DNA of 49,995 bases, filler included, from Streblomastix strix (GCA_008636045.1; 3 parts of 3 records of this genome joined end to end with filler, not necessarily neighbours in it), one strand, 5' to 3'; positions 27,449 through 39,514 are shown, counted from the whole stretch's first letter. Made by a program: numbers and translations. The notes: generated from the sequence alone by a model not told the origin.

Positions 27449-28299
27449 TGGGCGTTTGCAAACCAAAAAATTGCATAATGTTATTATTATACAAAATTGA
27501 TATACAATATATGTACTATACTTATATTATAATAATAGTTGCAATTTATTGTTTACCGTTTCATTTTTTTGATTTTAAAATAAAATCATAAATAATAAAA
27601 AAAATATGATAATATATTGTAAGAAAAAATTGATTAAAAATTTTGAAAGATAGAATAATTTAGTGATATTTTATATTAATAATATATATGGACTGCACCA
27701 GAGAGCACTAATTCTGCCACGCTATTTATACCATTAATCTCCGCATCAATTTACTATCATGACTAAGGCTCATTTCAGCCATGGAAATTAGACACGTAAT
27801 CTCCACGTCAAATGACTATATCTACAAAACCCTATAATCTCCGCACCAAATGACAATACTACAAAATGACGCATATTTATTTACGACATGAACTAATTTT
27901 ATCACGGTATTTATGCTCACAAATCCTATGACAAAAATCAACTCAATCCATTAATGTGATACGCAAATGATATGGATTAATATTTAAAATTTATTCAAAA
28001 ATATTCAAAATGATTTGAAAAATAAAGGTCATATTTTCAAAATTTATGAAAAAATTTAACAATTTTAACTACTAATTTCTACACTAACTAATAGACTAAT
28101 TATATCAATCACTTATATGTATAGTCTATATCACTACATACTTCACTAATATGTATAGTAATTAGCATAGTGATGTGGGGTTGTGTGTTAAGATATTATG
28201 AAATAAATTACTAAAATTTTTCAAATAAATTCAAATATGGGTATACTTTATGTATCAATAATTAAAAATATTAAAGATAAAAATAATATAATCAATTGA

Positions 28300-28662
28300 T
28301 CAAGAATCTGATTATGAAGCATTTATGCTATCAGCTTTCTTCGAAAAGCCAGCTTCGCTGACTGATTTGGAATCAGAATTTTCATTAATACTTTCACTCT
28401 AATCACTTAAATGATTTGCTGCCTATGGCAATAATTCAATTTACTTACAACGTCGTATTACATACTCTTTTACATGAAACACCTTTAATTAATCATGTTT
28501 ATAATAAAATTTATATAGCGGTATTGTCATATATTTATTCAATGTGAATGCTCTTGCTGTAGATAACAATTCCTTATTTTATTTTACGAATTAGCGCATT
28601 TCATTAACTGTTTTGATTGATGGTATTTATAATAATAATAATGACTTTAATTCCTATGTCAT
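28300..28662 (-). CDS. 120-aa conserved element protein
   Basis: MTQELKS...IKTVNEMRQFVKQNKELLSTARAFTLNKYMTIPLYKF...*TGA; aligns by eye with 37320-37670. Confidence 0.7.
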
Positions 28663-28754
28663 TTTATTAAAAATTAAAAAATCAAACTACTCCAAAATCT
28701 AACACAAAATAAACGAGTTTTTTTCCAACATACAAAATGTCGGACAAATACAGA

Positions 28755-31700
28755 ATGAGTAAATAATAGATTTAAAACCTACTAGACTAATTATAAGTTC
28801 AATATTTACCTAATTATAAATCAGTTGAATTAAGAAATATGTTAACTAATGAATTGCATCGTTTGAATTACTAAGGTCACATAACTGTTACAACTGAAAT
28901 TGTAGCTTTTGTAAATCAAATTGTTGCTATAAGAAATGAATAATAATAGTAATAATTAGAATAAGTTGAACAATAACAATAACCCTAATTATAATAATTA
29001 ATAGAAACAGTTGATGAATAGTATTAATAGTTGAATAATGATTAACATTAATCACAATTAGTCAAAAATATTGATGAGATCATAAATGAATTGGATTAAT
29101 CTGATAATACTGATGATGATCTATTCAATCCTGATAAATACAGAGCTAATTACAAATAAAAATTTGATTAAAGTGGTAGAAGATAGCGTATGCAATAATT
29201 GATACAAGCATAGCAATAAATCACCAATTAAATAAATTAGTTATAACGGTCATTATAAACAATTAATAGTATTTTAAGTGAAGAATTTGATTTAGATACC
29301 AACTCTGTTGACGGCATAAATGCTAATGAACAGATATAACCAACTGATATTAACGAAAATTATAAACTGTTGTTAGTTGAACAATAATTGAAACACTAAT
29401 AAAAATTAGATTAATAAGAATAGTTACATCAAAAAGAGATACAAGAATTAAAGGATAGATTAGAGAAATAGAATAAAGCAGCTGTTCTAATCCAAAAGCA
29501 TTATCGAAGGCATTTAGCAGAGCAACTAATGAAATAATCAATTAATTCTGCTAAGGTAATTTAAGGCAAATGGCGAAGACATAAGCTATACGAATAATTA
29601 GAATAGCTAATCATCAATTAAAGATATAAGAGATAGGGTGAAAAGCCATTTAGATTACTCAGTTATTTAGAAGCAAAATTAGGCGCTAAAGAGTTCGCAA
29701 AAAGAGTCAAAAAACTTAATGAAGAATATTATGGATTACATTAGAATCATTTTAGTGAACCGAGTATAACGAAAACATAGTAATTAAATAAAGATAGGGA
29801 ACTTGAATAGAAAGCATTCGTTATCTTCACACCATAGAATTTATAGGCTTATTATGTTGCATTAGATTAGGCATGATAGAAATTCTAGGATAAGAATGAA
29901 GTTAGTATAGAAGGATTATCTGATGGGCTAATGAAGTCGAAAGATATACTCAATAAAGAACCATATATTTAATACTATTACAATCATTTCTATGACTTAT
30001 AGCAACTGAAAATAAAATCTACTAGGTATATGAATTAGAGAAAGCTAAGCCTTATAAAGCATACATTAGTTTTGGATCTATCTGGTAGAAAAAGAAATAG
30101 GTATACAAGCATTAACAAACATTAGATGAATATCATTACACTCACACTACACCTAATGCTGGTGATAGTTACAAAACTCTATCTAACACAGTAGTTCGAG
30201 ATAAACAAACTAATGACTATTTCAAACAGAAGGCTGTCGATCTACTATCCGATTATTAAGATCCAATTCATGAAGATTCATCGACATTAATGACTGCACT
30301 ATATTCATTTTTGATTGTTGTTTACCGATTACCGTTAGGTACTAAAATGGATAAAATATGTTAGCACTTTAATAAAGAAGGTGTCACTAGGGATATTGAT
30401 TGTGAATATAATATATATTGGTTTATAGTAGCATCATTTGCATTGCACCCTGATATCGATAATAATAAGAGTAGGGTTAGTGATGCAATTAAATTGTTTC
30501 TCTAATACCATGACGTTAACTCAAGCTAGAGATTAAATAAAGCTAATAAATAATTACTCGAACAATATAAAGGTTTCAATTATGTAACTGATCTCGAAAA
30601 ATATCAATAAATATTCAAGCTAAACGTAATAACATATATGTGTGATGAGGTGAAACAAAAAACAAATCGTAGTGATGTCGAATAATTTAATAAATTTGAA
30701 GAACATATTATTGACAAGGACTATCAAACTGTTAATGTATTATTAGTTTCGTTGTCATTAGTCGATGAAATTCATGCAATGTATATTAGTGATATTGATA
30801 AGGTAATTAATGGAAAGCTCTGTCCTCTTAACTGTTAGACGATATTCAATACTAAGAACTAAAATTATAAGCGAGATCTTGCGAGACATTTGAAGTTCTG
30901 TTAGGGTCCATAGACAGCTAAATAAGTTAAATTAGATCATTTACCAAAGCCATATTATCCACATATATCAAATAATAAGTTACTCTAAAAATTAGTAGCA
31001 ACGGGCTAATCAGATTTGTTAATGCCAACACTCAATTACATTACATTTGATTTTGAGACAGTAAAGAACATAATTAATGAAGGTAATATAATAGCTTAAT
31101 TAGAACCATTATCTGTAGCGTCAGCAGCAACAATAAATGACTAAATTACAACGTAATATTTTGATTTACGAAATGGAACTGACTTTATTGAATAATGGAT
31201 AAGTTAATTGTTTGAAGTTGCTATTAAAGTCAATGAAGCTAATTAATCAAACATACCCGATATAACAATTGAAGATAAAAACTAGCATTAGCACGGAGTT
31301 TATCCATACAAGCCTCAAGTATCTGTTATTAGATTCAATTCTAAGAAATTTGATATAAATTTATTACTCAAACATCTACTTAAAAATAAGACTAAAATTT
31401 AATATTTAGGAACAACAACCTAGGCCAAACAAACAATTGTATCACATTAAGATTATGATTTTGACTTGAGATTTATTGATATACTATCATTCATTCCACC
31501 AAACAATACATTAAAGTAGTTCGTTGAGAAATTTGGAACCAAAGGTATAAAATTAACAAAGAGTATATTTCCACATGGATCATTCAATTATGATAACTAT
31601 AAATTAGTGTTAGGACTAACAATTCCATTCACTAAGGATGATTTCTATGACAAGCTTAATAATAAGAATATTAGTGATGAAGATTATGAATAATATGTTT

Positions 31701-33190
31701 ATGATTTCACTTCATTTCAAGACAGATGGGAGTATCTAAAGCACTATAATATCAGGGATGTTACTTGTATGATTAATCCAATCAATCATCTTATTCAAAT
31801 AACATGGGAGGAGAAATCAATATGTTAGGGTGTATATCATTAGCTCAAATTGCTAGTTAAATTAAATACAAGTACTGTTATGACAAGTTCGATATCAATG
31901 CAAGTTATAATATAGTTAATGGATTCGAATAATTCGAAGTCACTTAATACTGGTGGAATAACAAAGTTAAGGGATATATTAACCAAGATGAGTTTGCTAA
32001 GAGGGATACAACTAATAATGTAATTGAAGATGATATTGATTGGATTAGGGATAAAGTAGCTACTGAAACATGCCATCTATGTCACAATAAATTCACTAAA
32101 GAAAACAAACCCACATTAGATAGAATTGATAATTCAATTGGTCACACAAAATCGAACTGCCAACTTGCTTGTTAAATATGTAATACCGTTAAGGCTGATA
32201 AAGATAATGATATTAGTAAATTAAAGATATAATTAATGAAATATGCAATCCATGAACATCTACCTATGACTATTAACAACGAATCTGTATATAATATGTT
32301 AAAGAAATGTATGTAGGGTGGTTTGTCTAATGTGTTTCATTAATGTAATTTGAAAGGTGTCACACACATCAACAAACTTAGATATAATCATGTTACTAAA
32401 ACAATAACATCATATGATACTCCTCATATAATTACTCACATCCTTGACTTAGATTTCAACTCTCTCTATCCAAGTGTATTTAGTGGTATCTTCAACAAAA
32501 ATAACCCTTATACGAATAATCGAATATATCAAGCTGGAGGAGTAACTAGTTATTTCAAATGTACATCTAATAGTTCAAAATAGAAAGCTCGCGATGTAAT
32601 TATGAGTGATGATAGATATACTGACATTGGATAGCTATTCTGTGTTAAAATTAAAGGTCATATTGATGAAAAACATATTAACTCATATATCAAATTAGCA
32701 CCTATATGGAGGAAATTAACATACAATAATTCAATTGAATAGATAGGAGAATTTATGTACAATAAGATGAAATCATAGGGATTAACTGTTGATAAACCTA
32801 CTACAAAACTAACTTCATTGCTATCGACACACAATCAATTTATGTGCTTCACTAATTACATATTATGGTTTTTGATTGATTATTGTAATTTTATTATTGA
32901 TGACATTGATTCAATTGCTCTATTCGATAAACACCTAGGTTTTGAATCATTTGCCTGTACAATGATGGCTAAGAGATAGGATGCAATTAGCCAGCACAAT
33001 GACACGAAATCACTATACTACAAATAGATACTAAATAGTGCTTTTGGAGGAGAAGGATAAAATAATGCTAAATTTGATAAGATATCATTTAACAATGCTC
33101 GATAGACATCACTCAAATAATTGAAATTGGATCATAAGATAACAAGGAAATTAACTGATACTACATACAATTCTGATGGTGAAGTTATTG
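28755..33190 (+). pseudogene. polB: Protein-primed family B DNA polymerase (pPolB), disrupted and truncated
   Basis: ExoI YITFDFET (31037-31060), ExoII xFNSKKFD, ExoIII YLKHYNIRDV, motif A LDFNSLYPS (~32450-32475), motif B YKQILNSAFG (~33020-33048). In-frame TGA at 29874-29876; frameshifts near 30010 and 31818; motif C absent. Confidence 0.92.
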
Positions 33191-33303
33191 TATGTTAATT
33201 TCCTCCATATAGGTGCTAAATTGATATATGAGTTAATATATTTTTCATCAATATGACCTTTAATTTTAACACAGAATAGCTATCCAATGTCAGTATATCT
33301 ATC
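33185..33303 (-). repeat. Fold-back inverted copy of 32611-32729
   Basis: 119 bp reverse complement with 2 mismatches, at the contig end. Confidence 0.9.
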
Positions 33304-33403
33304 NNNNNNNNNNNNNNNNNNNNNNNNNNNNNNNNNNNNNNNNNNNNTTAATTAATTAANNNNNNNNNNNNNNNNNNNNNNNNNNNNNNNNNNNNNNNNN
33401 NNN
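33304..33403. other. Artificial contig linker
   Basis: N44 + TTAATTAATTAA + N44. Confidence 0.97.
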
Positions 33404-35031
33404 CTCTGCCTTAATATCTGGCATCGTAATAAATGAATATGCTAGAAAGAAACATAAATTTTAATTATTTTTCTCAGGGTCAATATATCGAATCTCTCGC
33501 CTAATAATATGCTTCTTTAATGATGGTATTGTTCGAACACCACCAGCGCCTGCATGTTAAAGCCTAAACACCTGAATCATTATTGAAAATATTCCTACTA
33601 TTTTCTCTTTGGTGTCCATGATGGTTTTCTCTTACATTTGAATTATGTGGTTTCTAATGTATCTTTTATAATCCTCCAAATCTAAGTGGGTGCGTATGGT
33701 TGTCAGTGCTTTCATCTATGTTCTGGCTTCAAGAGGATGATTAATTTTATACGTTATTTATTAATCGTTTTCTTAGCCATCAACTCGTTCAATAATCACT
33801 CCAAAATCAAATGCAATTTTGAATGCAAATTTCTATTCTCGCTAATATATTTCATCTAAATAAACATCAACATCTTCAATCGTTTTCAAATCATTTTTGT
33901 AATATTCTTTTGTAGGGCTGATGGTATGAACATAGAATAGGTCATATTTTACGTGTTAATTTTATAAATGTTTTCGCTCAAATTAAATTATTCTTTCATA
34001 TTCTTATTCGAGTTGTGGCTCGCATAACATTATCGTGCTCTATAGGACGTTAAGAGCATCAATTGGCCTAAAAATCTTGCCCTCATTTTCATTATTGAAT
34101 TATTTTATTTCATCTTTAACATTTTTAAACACATCTTCATTCTATTTTTATTTAAGATTTATTTTTTATTCATTGATTTCTTTCAATAAATTTGCATGTT
34201 TGACTCGTTAATCTTCCATAACTTGCTCCCATTATTAATTGTGCTGTTGGCTCTATTCGTCTTAAGCGTTCATTTGCTATTTGTTATTCTATTCTTGCAT
34301 AAATTTTTTAGCGTAAGCATCACCGATAATTTATTCGTTTTGAAGGCTTTATTGAATATCTTATCTGAATCGTCTTGCAAATGGTTCGGATTATAATATT
34401 GTATTTCTAACTATATCTCTATTGTTTCTACCGTGATTTAAACCGATTTTATCTAAAATTTATGAAAATTATGACCTCAATTCATTAACATTTATTTTCT
34501 ATTATATTTCAGGGTCATGTAAAACAATAATTCTCTTATAATATTTTGAGTTAATTTTTTAGGCCTTAAATCCAATTGATAATCCTCCTTGAGTCTAACG
34601 ACTTCGTGAGCTTCACCTTGTTCGGGTTTCAGTTCATGTGATAATTCAGGAGACAGTTAATAATTCCGTGCTTGCATTTACGTAATATAATTCTGCATTT
34701 ATATCAATTATTATTGTCGTTGTTCCATTTATAATTCAGGCGATAGTTAATAATTACGTGCTTACATTTACGTAATATAATCCTACATCAAAACCTATTA
34801 TTATTATTCTGTTTATTATTATGGCACTGGCTAATAATCGCGTACTTGCGCCCATCTTATATAGTCTCACATTTAAGTCATATATTATTATGTTTATCTG
34901 GGAGATTGATGCAGTGGTAAATTTAATGGTAATAGCTCTGGTAATTCTTGAGTCATTAACGGAGGCACAATTGGAGGCACAATTGGAGGCGTGCGTCGTC
35001 TTTATGAGTCTTACCCCTATTTACCTGCCAT
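33404..35031 (-). pseudogene. N-terminal part of pPolB (Gln-rich extension, terminal-protein-like region, start of vOTU-like domain)
   Basis: ...YLDEIYQREQKFAFKIAFDFGVIIE...IVGIFSIMIQVFRL...NQNLCFFLAYSFITMPD is colinear with the contig-2 pPolB (KPYKAYISFGSIW...LYSFLIVVYRL...YNIYWFIVASFALHPD). Contains frameshifts and TGAs; truncated by contig start. Confidence 0.75.
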
Positions 35032-35067
35032 TTATTAAAATTAAAAATAAAAAATATTTACATAAAT

Positions 35068-35260
35068 ATAATGATTAATAAATTGGACTGGGTTGATTGG
35101 ACCGAGTCAAAACATCAATGTATTTTATGAAATTGGCACAAAGAAATGGAATCGTTAATGAATGACTTTTGACTGGACCGTGTGGATTGGGTGGATTGAG
35201 TCAAAAACTTTTATAAAAAGCTGTGGCCAACTGGACAACTGGCCAATAATTGAGAAAAAT
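35068..35260 (+). repeat. Intergenic palindromic element, copy 1 (long form)
   Basis: TGAATGACTTTTGACTGGACCGTGTGGATTGGGTGGATTGAGTCAAAAACTTTTATAAAAAGCTGTGGCCAACTGGACAACTGGCCAATAATTGAGAAAAA. Confidence 0.95.
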
Positions 35261-35283
35261 AAATAAAAATAAAACCTATTAAA

Positions 35284-36364
35284 TCATTTGAATTTATATT
35301 TAGCTAAATCAAAACCACCTATTTATTCATGTCTCTATGTTAGAATTTGACCATAATATTACATGGCTTAACCAAGTGTTTCCTTAATTCTAGCATCGAC
35401 ATCTTTGGCTTAATATAATTGAGTAATAACGGTAGGCAATTCTTTATTATATAATCTTTTAGCAAATGGCAAAAATTCGTATTATCGTTACTAAATTTTA
35501 GTTTTATTGCTTCTGTTATATATGTCTATTTTTCCATCTTATCTTTCTAATATTTCTACCGCAGGACTAATAAGAACTGAATTCCAAGCAGATGCCATTA
35601 TTTGTTGTTTGATTGCCATTGGCAATTATGCGCCTCCATTTTGGTTTATGATTTTTTTGGCGTTGACGGTGAATGCTCTGAAACTAAAATTCTTTATCTC
35701 CCTTACCTTATGCGGCTTAGTCATTAACAGCCATTTCATGTAAGGGCCGCCTTTTATTCCAGATGCTTTTAATTTGGCTGCCAATGCTGCTCGTTCTAAA
35801 TCATTAACATCTGAATAATATTTTTTCTTCCAATTTCTTTTATGTTAATGCTCTAAGTCGCCAAATCCTACAGCTGTTGTATAACCATCGACTGAATAAA
35901 TCGCGTTCTTTTTCTTATCAAATACAACCACATTATCAGGAGTGGCTACATTATCATCTAAATCTTATTCCAATACACTAAATCGTTTGTCTAAATGCTT
36001 ATCTTATATATATTTTTTGGGCACTGACGGCAGACGATAAGCTATTAATTTTCTTCATATCTCTGTTCAAATAACCGACAAGTGTAGCAAGAACATCACC
36101 CGCCTCTTCTCTGAATTATGGGCCTCCATGCTTTCTTGTTGTTTGAATCATACTGGGATGGAACGGCAGCCTACCAAACGGTTTTGCTCGTGATTTCATT
36201 CTGTCCTATCTTGAAGCTTGTGATTCATAATAATCGTAATCATCCTCCATTCCGTCAATGTCCATCATCCCACCTGCACCACTAACACCTAAGCCTTAGC
36301 CTTTTTCCGTTTCAAATTCTTATCTTGCTTCCTTTTCAATTTATTTTAAATCGAATTCTGACAT
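35284..36364 (-). pseudogene. ~360-aa viral hypothetical protein (one +1 frameshift)
   Basis: MSEFDLKQIEKEARQEF...EQDLDDNVATPDNVVVFD...IYSVDGY...KYKFK*TGA; span 1081 = 360x3+1, with the shift near 36015. Confidence 0.7.
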
Positions 36365-36403
36365 TCTATTTCTTATCGAAAAAAAAAGTTTTAAATAATA
36401 AAA

Positions 36404-37193
36404 ATGGCGAGTTTAACATAAAAAAGTTGATAATATGTTAAAAAAAAATAAAAGTGAATAAGCACGAAATTTAAACTTTTATTCATAAAGAGTTAAATTT
36501 TACATATAACTCTGTAAATTTATTGATTGATTAGCGCGGCAGTGGCAAGACGTATAATGTCTTCAAAGAGTTAATAAAATTAAGTTAATTAAAAAAACAT
36601 TGTTATACACTATTCATATATGTCAGCGACTCAAATAATGACACCACTTATAAAAAGATGAAGGATTTAATTAAAATACCGATTAAAATTATTCCATATG
36701 CCGAAACGGATCAAGTGCTGAATGATTTGATAGAATGTAAATAAGCGTATGATGGAATATAAGAAAAATAATTATAAAAAGAACTAACTGAACAATCAAA
36801 AGATGATATATTAACCAATGTATTTGGTGCTAGTGGAGAAGGTAATTTTGACGTCAAATTTCCCCATATGATTGTTTTATTTGACGATGCAATGAGTATA
36901 TTTAAAAATAAAAATAATCCATTATTTAAGAAGTTATTTAAGAACTGATAACCCAGAATAACATACTTCCTTTGTTTATAGGACATCATTGGTTTGGATG
37001 CTGCGATTAAATCAAATCTTGATTCATTGTGGTTCTTCGGTTCATTTAACAGATTAAAATTTAATTAATTTTTTTATTAATCTTCAATACCATCAGATAA
37101 AGAAACAATATGGTATGAATATGTTCGACTAACTAAATAATAAGCATTAGTGGTATAATATAAAATGAGTGGAACAGTTGTTAAAATAATTTG
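36404..37193 (+). pseudogene. A32-like (FtsK/HerA) genome-packaging ATPase
   Basis: Walker A LLI[D]QRGSGKT (36529-36552, first Gly mutated), Walker B HMIVLFDDA, Arg-finger region KN[TGA 36946]QPRITYFLCLQD; frameshifts near both ends. Confidence 0.88.
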
Positions 37194-37216
37194 AAAACAT
37201 TTGAAAAAAGCAAATA

Positions 37217-37324
37217 TTTATTTTTCTCAATTATTGGCCAGTTGTCCAGTTGGCCACAGCTTTTTATAAAAGTTTCTGACTCAATCCACCCAATCCACAC
37301 GGTCCAGTCAAAAAGTCATTCATT
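37217..37324 (-). repeat. Intergenic palindromic element, copy 2
   Basis: Reverse complement of the copy-1 core; starts at the TGA stop of 37320-37670. Confidence 0.95.
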
Positions 37325-37670
37325 TCAGCGCTTAAACCAAATGGTTCAGAACATCCAAAAACTAGTCTAATTTATACTCAATCCTATTCAATTAATCTTT
37401 TGCACAAGTTCTTATACATACTTGACCTTCTATTTTTGATAACTAATAGCCGTCCAATTTATATAATTTATTTAATTTTTACGTTGATAGTTTAGATAAT
37501 TATTATTAATTTTGGGAAATAAATTATTTGAAATCGTTTAAAGTCTCAAAATATTTATGTCCGTCAGTCTAACCTTCGACCCCCTCCTCGTTATCTTATT
37601 CATCATATTCTATTTATAATTTTAAAGTAAATTAATTGTTTTTTCTATTGTCAAATAATATTCTTTCCAT
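37320..37670 (-). CDS. 116-aa conserved element protein
   Basis: Intact ORF: ...YFETLNDFKQFISQNQQQLSKLSTQKLNKLYKLDGYQLSKIEGQVCIR...ALK*TGA. Confidence 0.75.
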
Positions 37671-37704
37671 TTTATTTCTGCAAAAATAAAATAAATAATG
37701 CCGT

Positions 37705-38591
37705 TCATTTGTGTTCAAGTTATATATTCATATATTCCTTAATTTTATTTATGACTTCATCAGTTAAATCTTCATTAAATATATATTTAGTTCCTTTAAA
37801 TTAAATACCTTCCATATTTTTATTTAAATATTCTTTGATGGCTTCATTTTTGGTCATTGCAATACATTCCTAATCATAGTATAAAAATGCATCTTTTAAT
37901 TTCTACATCAATTTTCGACTAATACATTTCTTATTTCTTCTTCGAACCTTTAAAATTGTATTATTTTTATCATCAACTTCTATATATTGAACGGCTAAAA
38001 CATAAGCTGTTTCTATGCCTTATGGAACAGCTCTTGGTTTCAATTGTTATATTTCAATATCTTTTTAATTTATTATTATTTTTAATTCATTTTTTTTAGC
38101 TTTTATTTCTTCATAATTTCGATCAAATGTTATACTTTTGCATGATGCAATAGAAGTTGAATCGTCTAACTAATATTCTAAATGTATTCTTTCATCTAGT
38201 AAATCCATTATTTCATTTACATATTCTAAATATTTAACTGACGTTTTCATGCAGATAATATTCAGAAATTTCTTATGTGCATATGCTCCTCTTATTTCAT
38301 TTGATAAAGATAATGGAAGTTAGTAAATCAGGGGTGGCTCAAATTGAGCCGACCTCCTAATTCGAGACAAGATTTATAGTCTTAAAACATTGGAGAACGA
38401 ATTATGTTTTTTAATTATTTATTTGTTTTTTCTTACTAATTTATTTATTAAACAAATTTTGTTGCATTAATATAATCGTCTTTATCTCGGATTATTATAT
38501 TGAATCCATTATTTGAGCCAACAGTAAAATTTTCATTGTTTGTTGCAATTGATTATATTGTTCTGTTGTTTTGTTCGTTTGTTGATTCCAT
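37705..38591 (-). pseudogene. KilA-N domain protein (frameshifted)
   Basis: NGFNIIIRDKDDYINATKFVQQ...NEIRGAYAHKKFLNIICMKTSVKYL, then coiled coil and LKPRAVP; frameshift near 38340-38370. Confidence 0.8.
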
Positions 38592-38647
38592 CTTATATAC
38601 AGATAAAAAGTTAAATTTGTATAAAAATAAAACGATTTATTTTAAAA

Positions 38648-38956
38648 TCATTTAATTTATTTTATTTTTTCATCTGCTTCTTAAATTTTTAATTCTAATT
38701 TCTTTATATTTTTTTTACAAACTGTTTCAGATTCAATATTTCTTAAATTGGCCTCTTTTTAAATTAATTTCATCATTTCTATCATTTTTTATTTTGCATT
38801 AATTAATCTTTCTTATTCATATTCATAATCAATAATTTTAAACTCTAAGTCTTCTCCATCTCTTTCAGCTTGCACTAATAAAAATTTCATAGTATCTACC
38901 ATAAAAATTCGTGCATATTTTTCAAAACTTAAATTCTATTTCTCATTATTTGCCAT
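38648..38956 (-). CDS. 102-aa coiled-coil hypothetical protein
   Basis: Intact ATG..TGA ORF under table 6: MANNEKQNLSFEKYARIFMVD... Confidence 0.6.
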
Positions 38957-39004
38957 CTCTATAGTGATAAAAACATGAAATTAAATAATAATAAATAATT
39001 TATT

Positions 39005-39397
39005 TCAATATTCCAGCATCAACTCCAGAACAAATTTTAATTATTAATTTATTTTCATTAATTCTTAATTTTAGCGGAACCATACATATAAATATCTGTT
39101 GTGGTTATATAGAATGAAAGGCTTATAAACTCGTTATTCATTACAATAGTCAACAAATTAATCGAAATATTATTCTTCCTAAACCATTGAACTATGAACA
39201 GAAATGTCTTCGTTAGCGCCTTAGTTTGAACAATGACATTAGCAGAATATTATTTTTCTTTAATTATCTGAATTTACAAACGCGTATGGTAATGCAAAAC
39301 CAACTCCATTTTATCCGTTTTCTCCGATAACAACTCCATCATTTTATATTAAAGTGTAATATTTTAAGTTTTATGCTGAAGTCATATTTGAAACCAT
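39005..39397 (-). CDS. 130-aa beta-rich protein, candidate minor capsid/structural protein
   Basis: Intact ORF: ...GFALPYAFVNSDNQRKIIFCQC...DISVHSSMVQ...YLYVWFR...KFVLELMLEY*; lies directly downstream of the capsid-like gene. Function is inferred. Confidence 0.55.
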
Positions 39398-39514
39398 TTA
39401 TTACGAAATAAATAAAAAATAATTAATATAACTAATGACCTATTTAATTAACTGTATTAATGTTCAGGTGTTAGTTATATATGCAAATAAAAAAATAAAA
39501 AATGTTCAATTATT

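Larger units (their letters stand above)
28300..33303. mobile_element. Polinton/Maverick-like endogenous viral element (partial; left boundary not defined)
   Basis: Intronless pPolB gene plus a divergent small gene homologous to a gene of the contig-3 element. Confidence 0.85.

Noticed and set aside
28021..28250. Possible long imperfect hairpin
   Set aside because: Pairing is weak and expected by chance in such AT-rich DNA.
33185..33303. Inverted repeat as the element's TIR or hairpin end
   Set aside because: It copies internal pPolB coding sequence, has junction microhomology and sits at a contig end; most likely an amplification or assembly fold-back chimera.
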